Below are positions 52,793 through 61,018 of a DNA stretch of 64,000 nt, piece after piece. Position 1 is the stretch's first letter, and each line of letters starts with the position of its first letter. A model generated the notes under the pieces. The model saw nothing but the letters and a program-made list of their open reading frames with translations, ran no database searches and was not told the origin of the DNA. Made by a program: the position numbers and the translations under genes. The DNA is from an archaeon (lineage in GTDB: Archaea; Nanobdellota; Nanobdellia; Pacearchaeales; GW2011-AR1), in the NCBI GenBank assembly GCA_027343665.1, contig DAHWKL010000002.1:109386-173385 (forward strand), read 5' to 3'.

Positions 52793-53836
52793 ATGCCAAG
52801 AGCCCCAAAGAAACCCATAATATACAATGAAAAGATAAATCTTCCAAAAAAGATAATAAGATTCTCAACCCCAAAGGAAGCTGCTCTGCACAGAGCAGAA
52901 AGATTAAAATGCAGCAGACTTGCGGAGATAGGTTCTGGGGTAGCTGCACAAACTATTGCATTCTCACTTAAATGCGGGAAAGTTCTGGGGATAGAAATAA
53001 ATCCTCTTTCATTAAAGATTGCAAGAGACAACATAAAAAAAGCAGAGGCAAAAAATATTGAACTCATAGAAGGCGATGCCCTTGATGAAGATTTGATAAA
53101 AAAAGTTGAAGAATTCATGCCTGAAATAATATTCTGCGACACGCAAAGACCTGAAAGATCAAAAAGAACATTATCTGATATAAAACCTAATATCTTAGCT
53201 TTAATTGAAAAATATTCAAAGATAACTGACAAAATCGCAATAGAAATACCTCCTTACACAAATGACATTGAAAAATTATCTTACAAATTCCCATTAGAAA
53301 AAGAGTTTATCTCCATTGACGGAAAACTGAACAGGCTGACTCTTTATTTCGGCTCACTAAAAACATGCGAAATATCCGTAATAGAAGCAAAAACCGAGGA
53401 AAAAATATCAGGAAGTCCAAAAAATGTGGATGAGAATAAGATGATCCTCTCGGAAATTCCAAGAACCGGAAAATACCTTGGAGTGATAAACCCAGCAATT
53501 TCCATTTCAGGAATGACTGCTAATTTATGTGAGAAGATGGATTCCAAGTTGATTTCACTTGAAGACAAAGAATACCTCATTTCAGACAAGATCCAAAAAA
53601 CAGCTTTCGCGGAATATTATAAGATCTTGAGTTCATCCGATAAAAATAAAAAAAACATTTCAAAAAAATTAATCGAACTTAAAGCAAAACACGCAGTTAT
53701 AAGATATAAGATTTCTCCTGAAGATTATTGGAAAGAAAGAAAAGAGCTTGAGAAAGGCCTTGATGGACTGAAAACTGTCCATTTATTTAAGTGCAAAGAT
53801 AAAATCGTTTTTTGTGAAAAAGCAGACAAAATTTAA
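52793..53836 (+). CDS. class I SAM-dependent methyltransferase with long C-terminal extension
   Basis: Motif I AEIGSGVAAQTIAF, an acidic-loop analogue GIEIN and post-II GDAL. The ATG lies 2 nt after the mnmA stop, whereas the track ORF starts at a TTG (52784). Confidence 0.6.
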   Translation: MPRAPKKPIIYNEKINLPKKIIRFSTPKEAALHRAERLKCSRLAEIGSGVAAQTIAFSLKCGKVLGIEINPLSLKIARDNIKKAEAKNIELIEGDALDEDLIKKVEEFMPEIIFCDTQRPERSKRTLSDIKPNILALIEKYSKITDKIAIEIPPYTNDIEKLSYKFPLEKEFISIDGKLNRLTLYFGSLKTCEISVIEAKTEEKISGSPKNVDENKMILSEIPRTGKYLGVINPAISISGMTANLCEKMDSKLISLEDKEYLISDKIQKTAFAEYYKILSSSDKNKKNISKKLIELKAKHAVIRYKISPEDYWKERKELEKGLDGLKTVHLFKCKDKIVFCEKADKI

Positions 53837-54495
53837 CCAATCTTGTAAAAAAAGACTTTATCATAAGGGATGAACCATTTTGAGGCTTCTTCCCTTGAGG
53901 CTTTTTCGAAAATCTTTCTGAAAATCCTGATTGAATTCCCATGAGCGGAGATTGCAACATTGACTTTGTTCTTTTTTACATAATCCTTAAGCCAGACAAT
54001 AAAAGGCCCGACTCTTTTTTCTACATCAGCGAAAGATTCACCTTTGGGAACACGAACATTGTAGCCCCTGTGGATAGCTTCATATTCCTTTTCCCCTATA
54101 AAATTTTCTATTTCTTTCGTAAGTTTCGGATCAGTTATATTTTCGAGAGCATCTCCATAAACCAGAAGGTTGTATGCCTTTCTGCCTATCTTTTTCATGA
54201 AAGCTTCGTGAGTCGTGCCTTCAAGAACTCCATAACTCCTTTCAATCATTCTGTCATCTTCAATCGTTTTTTCGCATTCAGGATGATATTTCAGGACGAT
54301 ATTCAAAGTCTCTTTGGAACGTGAAAGCCTTGTGCAAATTGCAACGTCAATTCTTTTATTTTTCAATCTTGAAGCAATCTCCAGAGCATTCTTTTTTCCT
54401 TTAGAAGTTAAATGTGCATCCTTCCATCCCGTAAATTTCCCGTCCCGGTTGTAAGTCGATTGTCCGTGCCGGAAAAGATAGATATAATTCACCAT
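53833..54495 (-). CDS. histidine-phosphatase superfamily protein (dPGM-like)
   Basis: 220 aa. The catalytic RHGQSTYN motif at the N-terminus, with a later H (SAHGNSIR). Confidence 0.85.
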   Translation of the reverse strand: MVNYIYLFRHGQSTYNRDGKFTGWKDAHLTSKGKKNALEIASRLKNKRIDVAICTRLSRSKETLNIVLKYHPECEKTIEDDRMIERSYGVLEGTTHEAFMKKIGRKAYNLLVYGDALENITDPKLTKEIENFIGEKEYEAIHRGYNVRVPKGESFADVEKRVGPFIVWLKDYVKKNKVNVAISAHGNSIRIFRKIFEKASREEASKWFIPYDKVFFYKIG

Positions 54496-54576
54496 GAATC
54501 ATTAACAAAAAAAGGATAATTAAATCTTTCCCATTTGTTTCTAAAAACTTAAAAACATCAACCCCTTGGATATTTT

Positions 54577-55152
54577 ATGGAATTAAAGGAAGCAATTGAA
54601 GGAAGAAAAAGTGCAAGAAAATTCTCGTCAAAAAAGGCGGACTGGAGGAACATAATTGAAGCTATACATTCAACCCAATATGCCCCTATGGCAGGAAGCA
54701 TTTTCCCTTTCAAATTTGTGGTAATCGATAACAAAGAGCTTATCGAGGAAATTGCAGGATGGGCAGAACAGGATTTCATAAAACAGGCAAAATATGCAGT
54801 TGTCGTTGTCTCTGATGAAGATATGGTGAAATCTTCTTTTCCAAAAAAAAGCGGAGTCTTCACGCATCAGGAAGCCGGTGCGGCTATGGAGAATTTTATC
54901 CTGACTTTAGGGGATTTTGGACTTTCAACCTGCTGGATTGGACATTTTAATGAGGAAAAGATAAAAAAAGCTCTCAAAATACCAGAAGAAAATTGCATTG
55001 AAGCAATCTTTCCAATAGGATACTCATCTGAAAAAACAAAAAAGCCAAAAGCTAAATCCAATATTTACAATATCCTTTATTTTAATAGATGGGAACATGA
55101 CAGGATGAGGAAAGTGGAAAAAATTGAATCAAGAGGTCCTGAAGGCTATTGA
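54577..55152 (+). CDS. nitroreductase-family protein
   Basis: 191 aa. EAIEGRKSARKFS, QEAGAAMENF and the typical length. Confidence 0.8.
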   Translation: MELKEAIEGRKSARKFSSKKADWRNIIEAIHSTQYAPMAGSIFPFKFVVIDNKELIEEIAGWAEQDFIKQAKYAVVVVSDEDMVKSSFPKKSGVFTHQEAGAAMENFILTLGDFGLSTCWIGHFNEEKIKKALKIPEENCIEAIFPIGYSSEKTKKPKAKSNIYNILYFNRWEHDRMRKVEKIESRGPEGY

Positions 55153-55424
55153 AATTTAAAATCCCTTAGAATATTCTCAAGTTTTTCATTGCCATTTGTC
55201 CAGATAGTTTCTCCATTAAGCTCCCCAATCTCGTCATATCCTGATTCGGACGGGAATTTTATCGAGTAAACATCTCTATCCCAATAGGTTCTCCTAACAG
55301 TGTAACCTAAACCTCTTAAAAAATCAATAAGTTTTTCTGATCTTATTTCAAGAACTCCTGGAATATCCTGCTTGTCTGCTTCGTTTTCATTGAATAAGCA
55401 AAAAACTTTCCCTTTTTCAATCAT
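55146..55424 (-). CDS. hypothetical protein
   Basis: 92 aa from the ATG at 55424 (MIEKGKVF). The track ORF starts at a TTG (55442), which would sit inside the TATA-to-start spacer. Confidence 0.45.
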   Translation of the reverse strand: MIEKGKVFCLFNENEADKQDIPGVLEIRSEKLIDFLRGLGYTVRRTYWDRDVYSIKFPSESGYDEIGELNGETIWTNGNEKLENILRDFKFQ

Positions 55425-55445
55425 GAAAAAAGATTGTTTCAAAGA

Positions 55446-55453
55446 TTTATAAA
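55446..55453 (-). promoter_or_regulatory. TATA box for the 55424 gene (leaderless)
   Basis: Palindromic TTTATAAA centred 25.5 nt upstream of the ATG at 55424. Confidence 0.5.
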
Positions 55454-55480
55454 ATTTTCCTGGAAAAACAAAAAAGAAAT

Positions 55481-55504
55481 CGAGGCGGATGAAAATCCGC
55501 CTCG
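55481..55504 (-). terminator. intrinsic-terminator-like hairpin downstream of ftsZ
   Basis: Perfect 10-bp stem CGAGGCGGAT/ATCCGCCTCG with a 4-nt loop. On the ftsZ (minus) strand it is followed by ATTTCTTTTTTGTTTTT. It is a GC-rich island within an AT-rich spacer. Confidence 0.7.
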
Positions 55505-55536
55505 GAGCTAAAAAATAAAGTTAAAAATTTTTTGGA

Positions 55537-56616
55537 TTAACCGTAGATGTCTATTCCAAGGTCAGACATCTCTTTTGAAACCGGCATCGAAGTTTCTTCA
55601 AGGTCTCTGCCAAGAACATAAGGAGATTTAACTCCTGTCATTATCGTGATAACACGAACTTTTCCGACAAAGTCCTTTGCAATTCTCGCACCGATGATAA
55701 CCTGAGCATCGTTACTAAGGTTTTCTGAAACTGTTCTACCAATCACATCAAATTCTTCTAACTTTAAATCAGGTCCGCACGTTATGTGCACCAAAGCTCC
55801 GCTAGCACCTTTGTAATCCACGTCAAGTAGAGGATGAGTAAGGGCTTGCTTAACTGATTCCTGCACACGATCAGCAGCGTCTGATTCTCCGATTCCTATA
55901 ACTGCAACTCCACCGTTTTTCATAATAGCTGAAACATCAGCGTAGTCTAAGTTAATTAAAGAAGGCAATGTTATTGTCTCAACGATTCCTTTTACCATAG
56001 TAGATACAAGCTCATTTGCCACAGCAAAAGCCTGTTCCAATGGAAGCTGTCCGGCGATATCAACTAATCTGTTGTTATCTAGGACTATGCATGTGTCTGT
56101 CGCCTCTCTTAATTCCTGCAATCCAAATTCTGCCTTGTCAATTCTTGCCTTTTCAGACTCGAATGGCATGGTAACAACACCGATAACCACTGCTCCGGTC
56201 TCTTTAGCGAGCTGCGCAACAACTGGAGCTGAACCCGTTCCTGTTCCTCCGCCTTCACCGGCAAGTACAAAAACCATATCAGAATTGCTTACAGCTTTTT
56301 TAAGATCAACTAAAGACTCTTTAGCGGCTTCTCTTCCTCTTGTAGGTTTTCCGCCTGCACCAAGTCCTCTTGTCAACTCTTTGCCCAAAAGAATCTTTTC
56401 ATCAGCTTTAGTCACACTAAGGTGAAGAGCATCTGTATTGGCTGCATATATTGTAGCCCCGTTGATTCCTTTGTTAAAAAGCCATGTAACCATATTAGAT
56501 CCGCAACCACCCATTCCGATAACTTTAATCGCAGCTTTTCCTGCTTTAAGCTCGTCAAAATTTATGCTGTGCGTCTCTGCGTTTTGGATTGCTTCTTTTG
56601 CAAAATCAAGTACCAT
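55537..56616 (-). CDS. ftsZ: cell division GTPase FtsZ
   Basis: Start at the ATG 56616 (MVLDFAKEA), preceded by AGGAGGG. Tubulin signature GEGGGTGTGSAPVVA, and a G box GMGGCGSNMV. Confidence 0.93.
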   Translation of the reverse strand: MVLDFAKEAIQNAETHSINFDELKAGKAAIKVIGMGGCGSNMVTWLFNKGINGATIYAANTDALHLSVTKADEKILLGKELTRGLGAGGKPTRGREAAKESLVDLKKAVSNSDMVFVLAGEGGGTGTGSAPVVAQLAKETGAVVIGVVTMPFESEKARIDKAEFGLQELREATDTCIVLDNNRLVDIAGQLPLEQAFAVANELVSTMVKGIVETITLPSLINLDYADVSAIMKNGGVAVIGIGESDAADRVQESVKQALTHPLLDVDYKGASGALVHITCGPDLKLEEFDVIGRTVSENLSNDAQVIIGARIAKDFVGKVRVITIMTGVKSPYVLGRDLEETSMPVSKEMSDLGIDIYG

Positions 56617-56623
56617 ATTTTGT

Positions 56624-56630
56624 CCCTCCT
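56624..56630 (-). promoter_or_regulatory. Shine-Dalgarno (AGGAGGG) for ftsZ
   Basis: Lies 7 nt upstream of the ATG at 56616. It implies a leadered ftsZ mRNA. Confidence 0.55.
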
Positions 56631-56762
56631 TTTTATTTTTATTTATCTTTGCTATGCAAAGCTCCCTATATTGCAAGAATTAATTAAACCCTCTTTAAAT
56701 ATATTTATATTAGTAAATATATTTTCAAAAGAGTTTATAAAAATCTAATCAAATGAATCTTA

Positions 56763-56981
56763 TTAGGGCAAATTCTCATCCCAACCTTCTATAGATTCGG
56801 ATTTTTCCTCTTTTGGTTCCTCTTTTCTTTCAGAAAACTCCTTGAGATGCAGCCTTGAAATGGCAGCATTTATATCATAATCAAAAAATCCCCTTGCAAG
56901 AAGCTGTTCTTTTATTTCCTCTATGGAAAGACCTCTTTGAAGATTGGAGGTTATGTACCTTCCAATATCGTTTTTATCCAT
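56763..56981 (-). CDS. hypothetical small protein
   Basis: 72 aa (RGLSIEEIKEQLLARGF..) with an acidic tail. A TATA box at 57002-57009 lies 24.5 nt upstream. Confidence 0.45.
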   Translation of the reverse strand: MDKNDIGRYITSNLQRGLSIEEIKEQLLARGFFDYDINAAISRLHLKEFSERKEEPKEEKSESIEGWDENLP

Positions 56982-57001
56982 TATTTATAAAAGAAGAAAG
57001 A

Positions 57002-57574
57002 TTATAAAAGATTTACTGAATTCTCAAATTTTTTTATCAGCTCCCAGCCCTTAACGATCTTCTGGTTGCATTTCTCTGAAATTAGGTTCAAAAATTCGCT
57101 GCTTACCAGAATTTTCCCATGATTTATAATAGGAAACTCCAATTTCTCTGTCCCGCGAATTTCAACAACAATATTTTTCCCCACGCTGATTATTCCTGAA
57201 TTTTTCCATCCCGTTTTGAAACCTAATTCAAGGAATCTCTTTGCATCCTTAAGGGTTTTGCAGACTACATGAACTATGGGGGGATCAAGTTTAAACTTAA
57301 CAGAGCCTTCGTCGGAAAACCTCTCGACTTCTTTTTTCAGATCTTCAGGCACTGTCTTTTCATGATTTGTCCACAAAAAAAGTTCCTTATCTTTAACAGG
57401 TTTATCGATCATCATGAGAATTCTGCCTGAACAAGAAGAGGTAGTATAATAGTTGCTTTTCCGATTGATTCTTTTACAAAGGTTTTCTATTTTTCCATCC
57501 CACTTCCCTGCATAAGATTTATCATCTTTCTTTAGGATATCATTCTTTCGCTGTTCGAAATTGTACTCAGTCAT
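57002..57574 (-). CDS. taw3: tRNA wybutosine-synthesizing protein 3 homologue (Taw3/TYW3)
   Basis: 190 aa. D..I..L...IN....YYTTSSCSGRI is the TYW3 signature. Confidence 0.8.
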   Translation of the reverse strand: MTEYNFEQRKNDILKKDDKSYAGKWDGKIENLCKRINRKSNYYTTSSCSGRILMMIDKPVKDKELFLWTNHEKTVPEDLKKEVERFSDEGSVKFKLDPPIVHVVCKTLKDAKRFLELGFKTGWKNSGIISVGKNIVVEIRGTEKLEFPIINHGKILVSSEFLNLISEKCNQKIVKGWELIKKFENSVNLL

Positions 57575-57625
57575 AAGGATAAGATAAAAAATGTAGTTAA
57601 AAAGATATCTTAAAACAGGGATATT

Positions 57626-57633
57626 TTTATAAA
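57626..57633 (+). promoter_or_regulatory. TATA box for the 57656 gene (leaderless)
   Basis: TTTATAAA centred 26.5 nt upstream of the ATG at 57656. Confidence 0.5.
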
Positions 57634-57655
57634 AGAAGAAGATATAAAAAGAAGC

Positions 57656-58171
57656 ATGAGAGAATCTTTGACAGAAAAATTTGAAAACGCAAAACCCGGA
57701 GATATTTTCCTATTGGACTTGTATGACCCTGAATCTAGTCCTCCCCCAGTAATCGGAATTTACGAATCATTCCGCTACGCCGGAGAATCAAAGTATTCTA
57801 ATTTGAAATTAAAGGATCAAGATAGCAAAAAAGATTATCTCTTAGTTCCAAGAGGTAATTCACTAGAACTCCGATTGCCTATAGAAAAAAACGGGAAAAT
57901 CTTTGCAGATTACAGGATCATAAGTTTGCATCAGTTTATGGATGAAGTTTTCTCACCTCAGGGGGTATATATTGGAAAGGACGAGATAATAAAAATCCTT
58001 AAGGAGCATTCATTCAGAAACATGAGACATTATGCAGATATGCTTGAGAAAGATATTCTCACAGAGTCACCAACAATGTTTGAAAGATTCCTCACCAATT
58101 TCGCTTTTCCTGAGCGTATGAATTCGAATGGGCTCAGGTTTCGGAACAGACCTTTGAAATTAATGCCTTAA
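57656..58171 (+). CDS. hypothetical protein
   Basis: 171 aa with no motif. Confidence 0.45.
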   Translation: MRESLTEKFENAKPGDIFLLDLYDPESSPPPVIGIYESFRYAGESKYSNLKLKDQDSKKDYLLVPRGNSLELRLPIEKNGKIFADYRIISLHQFMDEVFSPQGVYIGKDEIIKILKEHSFRNMRHYADMLEKDILTESPTMFERFLTNFAFPERMNSNGLRFRNRPLKLMP

Positions 58172-58177
58172 AATTTA

Positions 58178-58828
58178 TTAATTCTTAGCTAAGAAAGGCA
58201 ATAATTTATTTTCTGCCCTGCGCAGGCTTTCCTGGAAACTCTGTTTTGAGATTCCGGCTGCTTTCGAAAGCTTATTCAAATCGGTCCTGCGGGGAAAAGA
58301 ATAATAACCGTTTTTTATCGCGAGGTTCATTGCTTTTCTCTGTTTATCAGATATCCCGGGCTGGACCTGAGGCAAAAACAGGTCCGACTTCTTTAGTTTC
58401 CCGACAGAAACAATCTTCATGTCAAAATGCGAGTTGTCCATCACTTTCATGAGGGCATCCTTGTCCCATGAAGCGAGTTCCCAGTCTTCGTAACCATCCA
58501 CCCTCTGGACTACCGGCTTCACATAGATTATCCTTCTGTCGAATATCGCCCAGTATTCGGAGGATTCCTTCTTGCTCAATTTGTTCAGTGTGAATATCCA
58601 ATTGTCCTCTGTCTCGAACTTGGAGAGAGTTTTCTCTTTCTTGAAATCACGGATGAACTTTTTTACATTAGATTCATCCCCCTCGAGAATATGCAGCTCA
58701 GTGTAACAAAATTTCCCTTTCTCTTCCCAGGAGTTCAGGAGATAGACATAATCATCCACTTTGAACTTGACACATCTCGGGCGTATCACGCAGTCCTTGT
58801 GCCAATTTTTGAATTTCGCTACCCACAT
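58178..58828 (-). CDS. HTH_10 (bacterio-opsin activator-type) DNA-binding protein
   Basis: 216 aa. The C-terminal SDKQRKAMNLAIKNGYYSFPRRTDLNKLSKAAGISKQSFQESLRRAENKL is the HTH_10 signature. Confidence 0.75.
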   Translation of the reverse strand: MWVAKFKNWHKDCVIRPRCVKFKVDDYVYLLNSWEEKGKFCYTELHILEGDESNVKKFIRDFKKEKTLSKFETEDNWIFTLNKLSKKESSEYWAIFDRRIIYVKPVVQRVDGYEDWELASWDKDALMKVMDNSHFDMKIVSVGKLKKSDLFLPQVQPGISDKQRKAMNLAIKNGYYSFPRRTDLNKLSKAAGISKQSFQESLRRAENKLLPFLAKN

Positions 58829-58849
58829 GAAAAAGCTAAGGAAAACAAC

Positions 58850-58857
58850 TTTTTAAT
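58850..58857 (-). promoter_or_regulatory. TATA box for the HTH_10 gene (leaderless)
   Basis: Minus-strand ATTAAAAA centred 25.5 nt upstream of the ATG at 58828. Confidence 0.45.
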
Positions 58858-58949
58858 TCTTACGAATCAGCCCTGACATATCAGGTAAAAATTTGATATA
58901 ATGATTGTGCATGTAGTTATTATAAAGCGATTAAATTTGCAGGAGAAAA

Positions 58950-59051
58950 ATGAAAACAGAAGCACAAAAACAAATCATATTCAAAACAAGCTTCGCATTT
59001 AGTGCGAACGGGAAATGGAGTGGAATAAGGGAAGAAATAAAAAGAAAATGA
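58950..59051 (+). CDS. 33-aa ORF, truncated SGxW-family copy (absent from the ORF track)
   Basis: Hand translation gives MKTEAQKQIIFKTSFAFSANGKWSGIREEIKRK*. It is the first ATG after the TATA-like ATTATAAA (58919-58926). The stop overlaps the next ATG (ATGA). NGKWSG resembles the SGQWSG and SGSWGS of the two larger paralogues. Confidence 0.35.
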   Translation: MKTEAQKQIIFKTSFAFSANGKWSGIREEIKRK

Positions 59052-59401
59052 GAACTCTTGATGGACTTTTTATCGGGGAAGCACAAAAAATTGCCGAAGG
59101 AATTGAAAAATGGGAGGAAAATAACTTTGGGTTTAGGGGATTATCGGAGGAGGGACTGGAATTTTATATAAAAAATGTTGAATACCATAGTGGACAATGG
59201 AGCGGAGGAGGATTCAATATGTCTGTAAAGTATAAGGGAAAAACCCTGTCAACCTTTGAGTCGAGTATATTTAGAGATGACGAAGAATACGACCTCTTGA
59301 GTAGAATATTCTATTCAGCAAAAGATAAGTACGAAGCCTCTAAGAAGAGTAACATTGAGATCCAAGAGGCTATAAGGAAAGCCTTGGAGAGGACAAAATG
59401 A
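59048..59401 (+). CDS. orphan cassette protein A (SGxW family)
   Basis: 117 aa from the ATG at 59048 (the track ORF starts at 59015, inside the 33-aa ORF). Paralogous to protein C: IEKWEE/IKNWEK, Y(I/K)K(N/H)VE..SG.W, and a conserved C-terminal Y.A...(Y/F)E.SKK...IQ..I.K. Confidence 0.5.
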   Translation: MRTLDGLFIGEAQKIAEGIEKWEENNFGFRGLSEEGLEFYIKNVEYHSGQWSGGGFNMSVKYKGKTLSTFESSIFRDDEEYDLLSRIFYSAKDKYEASKKSNIEIQEAIRKALERTK

Positions 59402-59916
59402 AAACAATAGAATCAAGAATTGACGAAGTGAAATCAAGAGGGCAAATAGCAAAAGCTATAGCAAAAAGTGTAGGTTCGGATATTCATGGTCTTGCAAAAA
59501 ATGGCTTGAAGGCAACAGAATCTGCTGCAAAAAATATTAATGACAACGCCTATAAGGTTGCAAAGGCCAGTCTGAAAGCGGCAGGTTACATTGTTACTGC
59601 TCCAGTAATCGGAAACATGAGTGGCGCTGTTAGAGAAGAGTTTTACGGGGAAATTAAACACAACCTTTCAGGTGACGAGCACATGAGCCCAAACTCTTTA
59701 TCAAAATGGATTGGAACCTTATCCGAAATTGTTGGGGGATTATATCTTACTGCAATAAACGACAGAATCGATGTGGGGGGAATTGTCGGATTGGGTCTCG
59801 TCGTTGATGCACTCATCTCTAAGAATAGGGATAGTTCTCTCATTGGATATCTACCCTCTAAAGCATACGAATATTTGAAGAGCAAATACGAAGCTGCAAA
59901 AGGAGAAAGAAAATGA
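59398..59916 (+). CDS. orphan cassette protein B (amphipathic N-terminus and Gly-zipper hydrophobic C-half)
   Basis: 172 aa. An Ala/Lys-rich amphipathic region, then WIGTLSEIVGGLYLTAINDRIDVGGIVGLGLVVDALI. ATGA overlaps on both sides. Confidence 0.5.
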   Translation: MKTIESRIDEVKSRGQIAKAIAKSVGSDIHGLAKNGLKATESAAKNINDNAYKVAKASLKAAGYIVTAPVIGNMSGAVREEFYGEIKHNLSGDEHMSPNSLSKWIGTLSEIVGGLYLTAINDRIDVGGIVGLGLVVDALISKNRDSSLIGYLPSKAYEYLKSKYEAAKGERK

Positions 59917-60290
59917 AAACTTTAACAGAAAAACTAACGAAGGAAGATGTCGCGAACTTAGCAGAAAGGATAAAAAATTGGGAGAAAGACGGCAATTCTT
60001 ACACAGGAAAAACAAATGGCGTAACGGTGGAAATTTACAAACATGTGGAAACAATATCGGGGAGCTGGGGGTCTCAAGACAGATCTAGCTATAATCTTGA
60101 AATCATAAGCAGCGGTAGGGATATTCCTTATGAAGAAGGATATGCGATAGAGGGAGGAGGCATATCTGTTGAAGCTGACGTGTGGTATACAGCCGAAGAA
60201 GCTTTTGAAAAATCCAAAAAGCGCAAATACAACAAGTCAATACAAAAAGACATAGCAAAAATCAAAAAAATCGCGAGAGGCAAGGGTTAA
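59913..60290 (+). CDS. orphan cassette protein C (SGxW family)
   Basis: 125 aa. Paralogue of protein A. Confidence 0.5.
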   Translation: MKTLTEKLTKEDVANLAERIKNWEKDGNSYTGKTNGVTVEIYKHVETISGSWGSQDRSSYNLEIISSGRDIPYEEGYAIEGGGISVEADVWYTAEEAFEKSKKRKYNKSIQKDIAKIKKIARGKG

Positions 60291-60305
60291 CTAAGTACTC
60301 CAAGG

Positions 60306-60971
60306 TCATTCCTTCTTCAAAATTTCAACACTGATCCCTTCGTGCTCGCAGAGTTCCTTGAATTCTTCGGCATCTTTTTCAGTCCCGACAATTGTTCCCC
60401 AATGCATGGGAATCGCGATCCCTGGCTTGATTATCTTTGCGGCTTCAGCCGCTTCCTCAGCGCTCATCGTGAACCTGCCACCGACAGGAAGTAAAGCAAC
60501 AAATTTTTTATCCGGCTGATTGTACCCGGTTAGTTTCTGCATTTCAGGTATCACATCTGTGTCTCCTGCATGGTAGATTATCACATCGTTCGTCTTAACA
60601 ACATATCCGACAAGATCTTCCTCTTTTGTATGAAAAGTCTTATCGATGTTATAAGCCGGAACAGTTGATACCTTCACGGTTCCGAAATCAACTTCCTGAT
60701 TCGGCGAGACTACTTCCATCCTGATAGGAACCTGAAAACGCGCGATTTTGCTCTGCGAATCGGCAGTCATTATTATCTTTGTGCCTTCCTTGACAATTTT
60801 CCCAAGATCTTCATAGCTACAATGATCATAATGTCCGTGTGTAATAAGAATTAAATCCGCTTTTGGAAGCCCATCAGAAATCTTGAAAGGATCTATGTAG
60901 ATTATTTTTGAATTTTGTATCAAAAAACCTGCGTGGCCAAGCCAGCGCAAATCAATTTCCCCTATTTTCAT
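60306..60971 (-). CDS. metallo-beta-lactamase-fold hydrolase (UPF0173-like)
   Basis: WLGHAGFLI, ITHGHYDH and later H/D ligands. The ATG at 60971 (MKIGEIDL) is supported by a TATA-like box at 60994-61001, whereas the track ORF starts at a TTG (60986). Confidence 0.8.
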   Translation of the reverse strand: MKIGEIDLRWLGHAGFLIQNSKIIYIDPFKISDGLPKADLILITHGHYDHCSYEDLGKIVKEGTKIIMTADSQSKIARFQVPIRMEVVSPNQEVDFGTVKVSTVPAYNIDKTFHTKEEDLVGYVVKTNDVIIYHAGDTDVIPEMQKLTGYNQPDKKFVALLPVGGRFTMSAEEAAEAAKIIKPGIAIPMHWGTIVGTEKDAEEFKELCEHEGISVEILKKE

Positions 60972-61018
60972 AATTCTGTAAAACAAAAAACGGTTTTTAA
61001 GGTTTTATATCCATGAGG

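Noticed and set aside
58872-58885. CCTGA-CATA-TCAGG inverted repeat as a stand-alone regulatory feature.
   Set aside because: Arms of 5 bp are expected by chance. It is mentioned only as context within the cassette finding.
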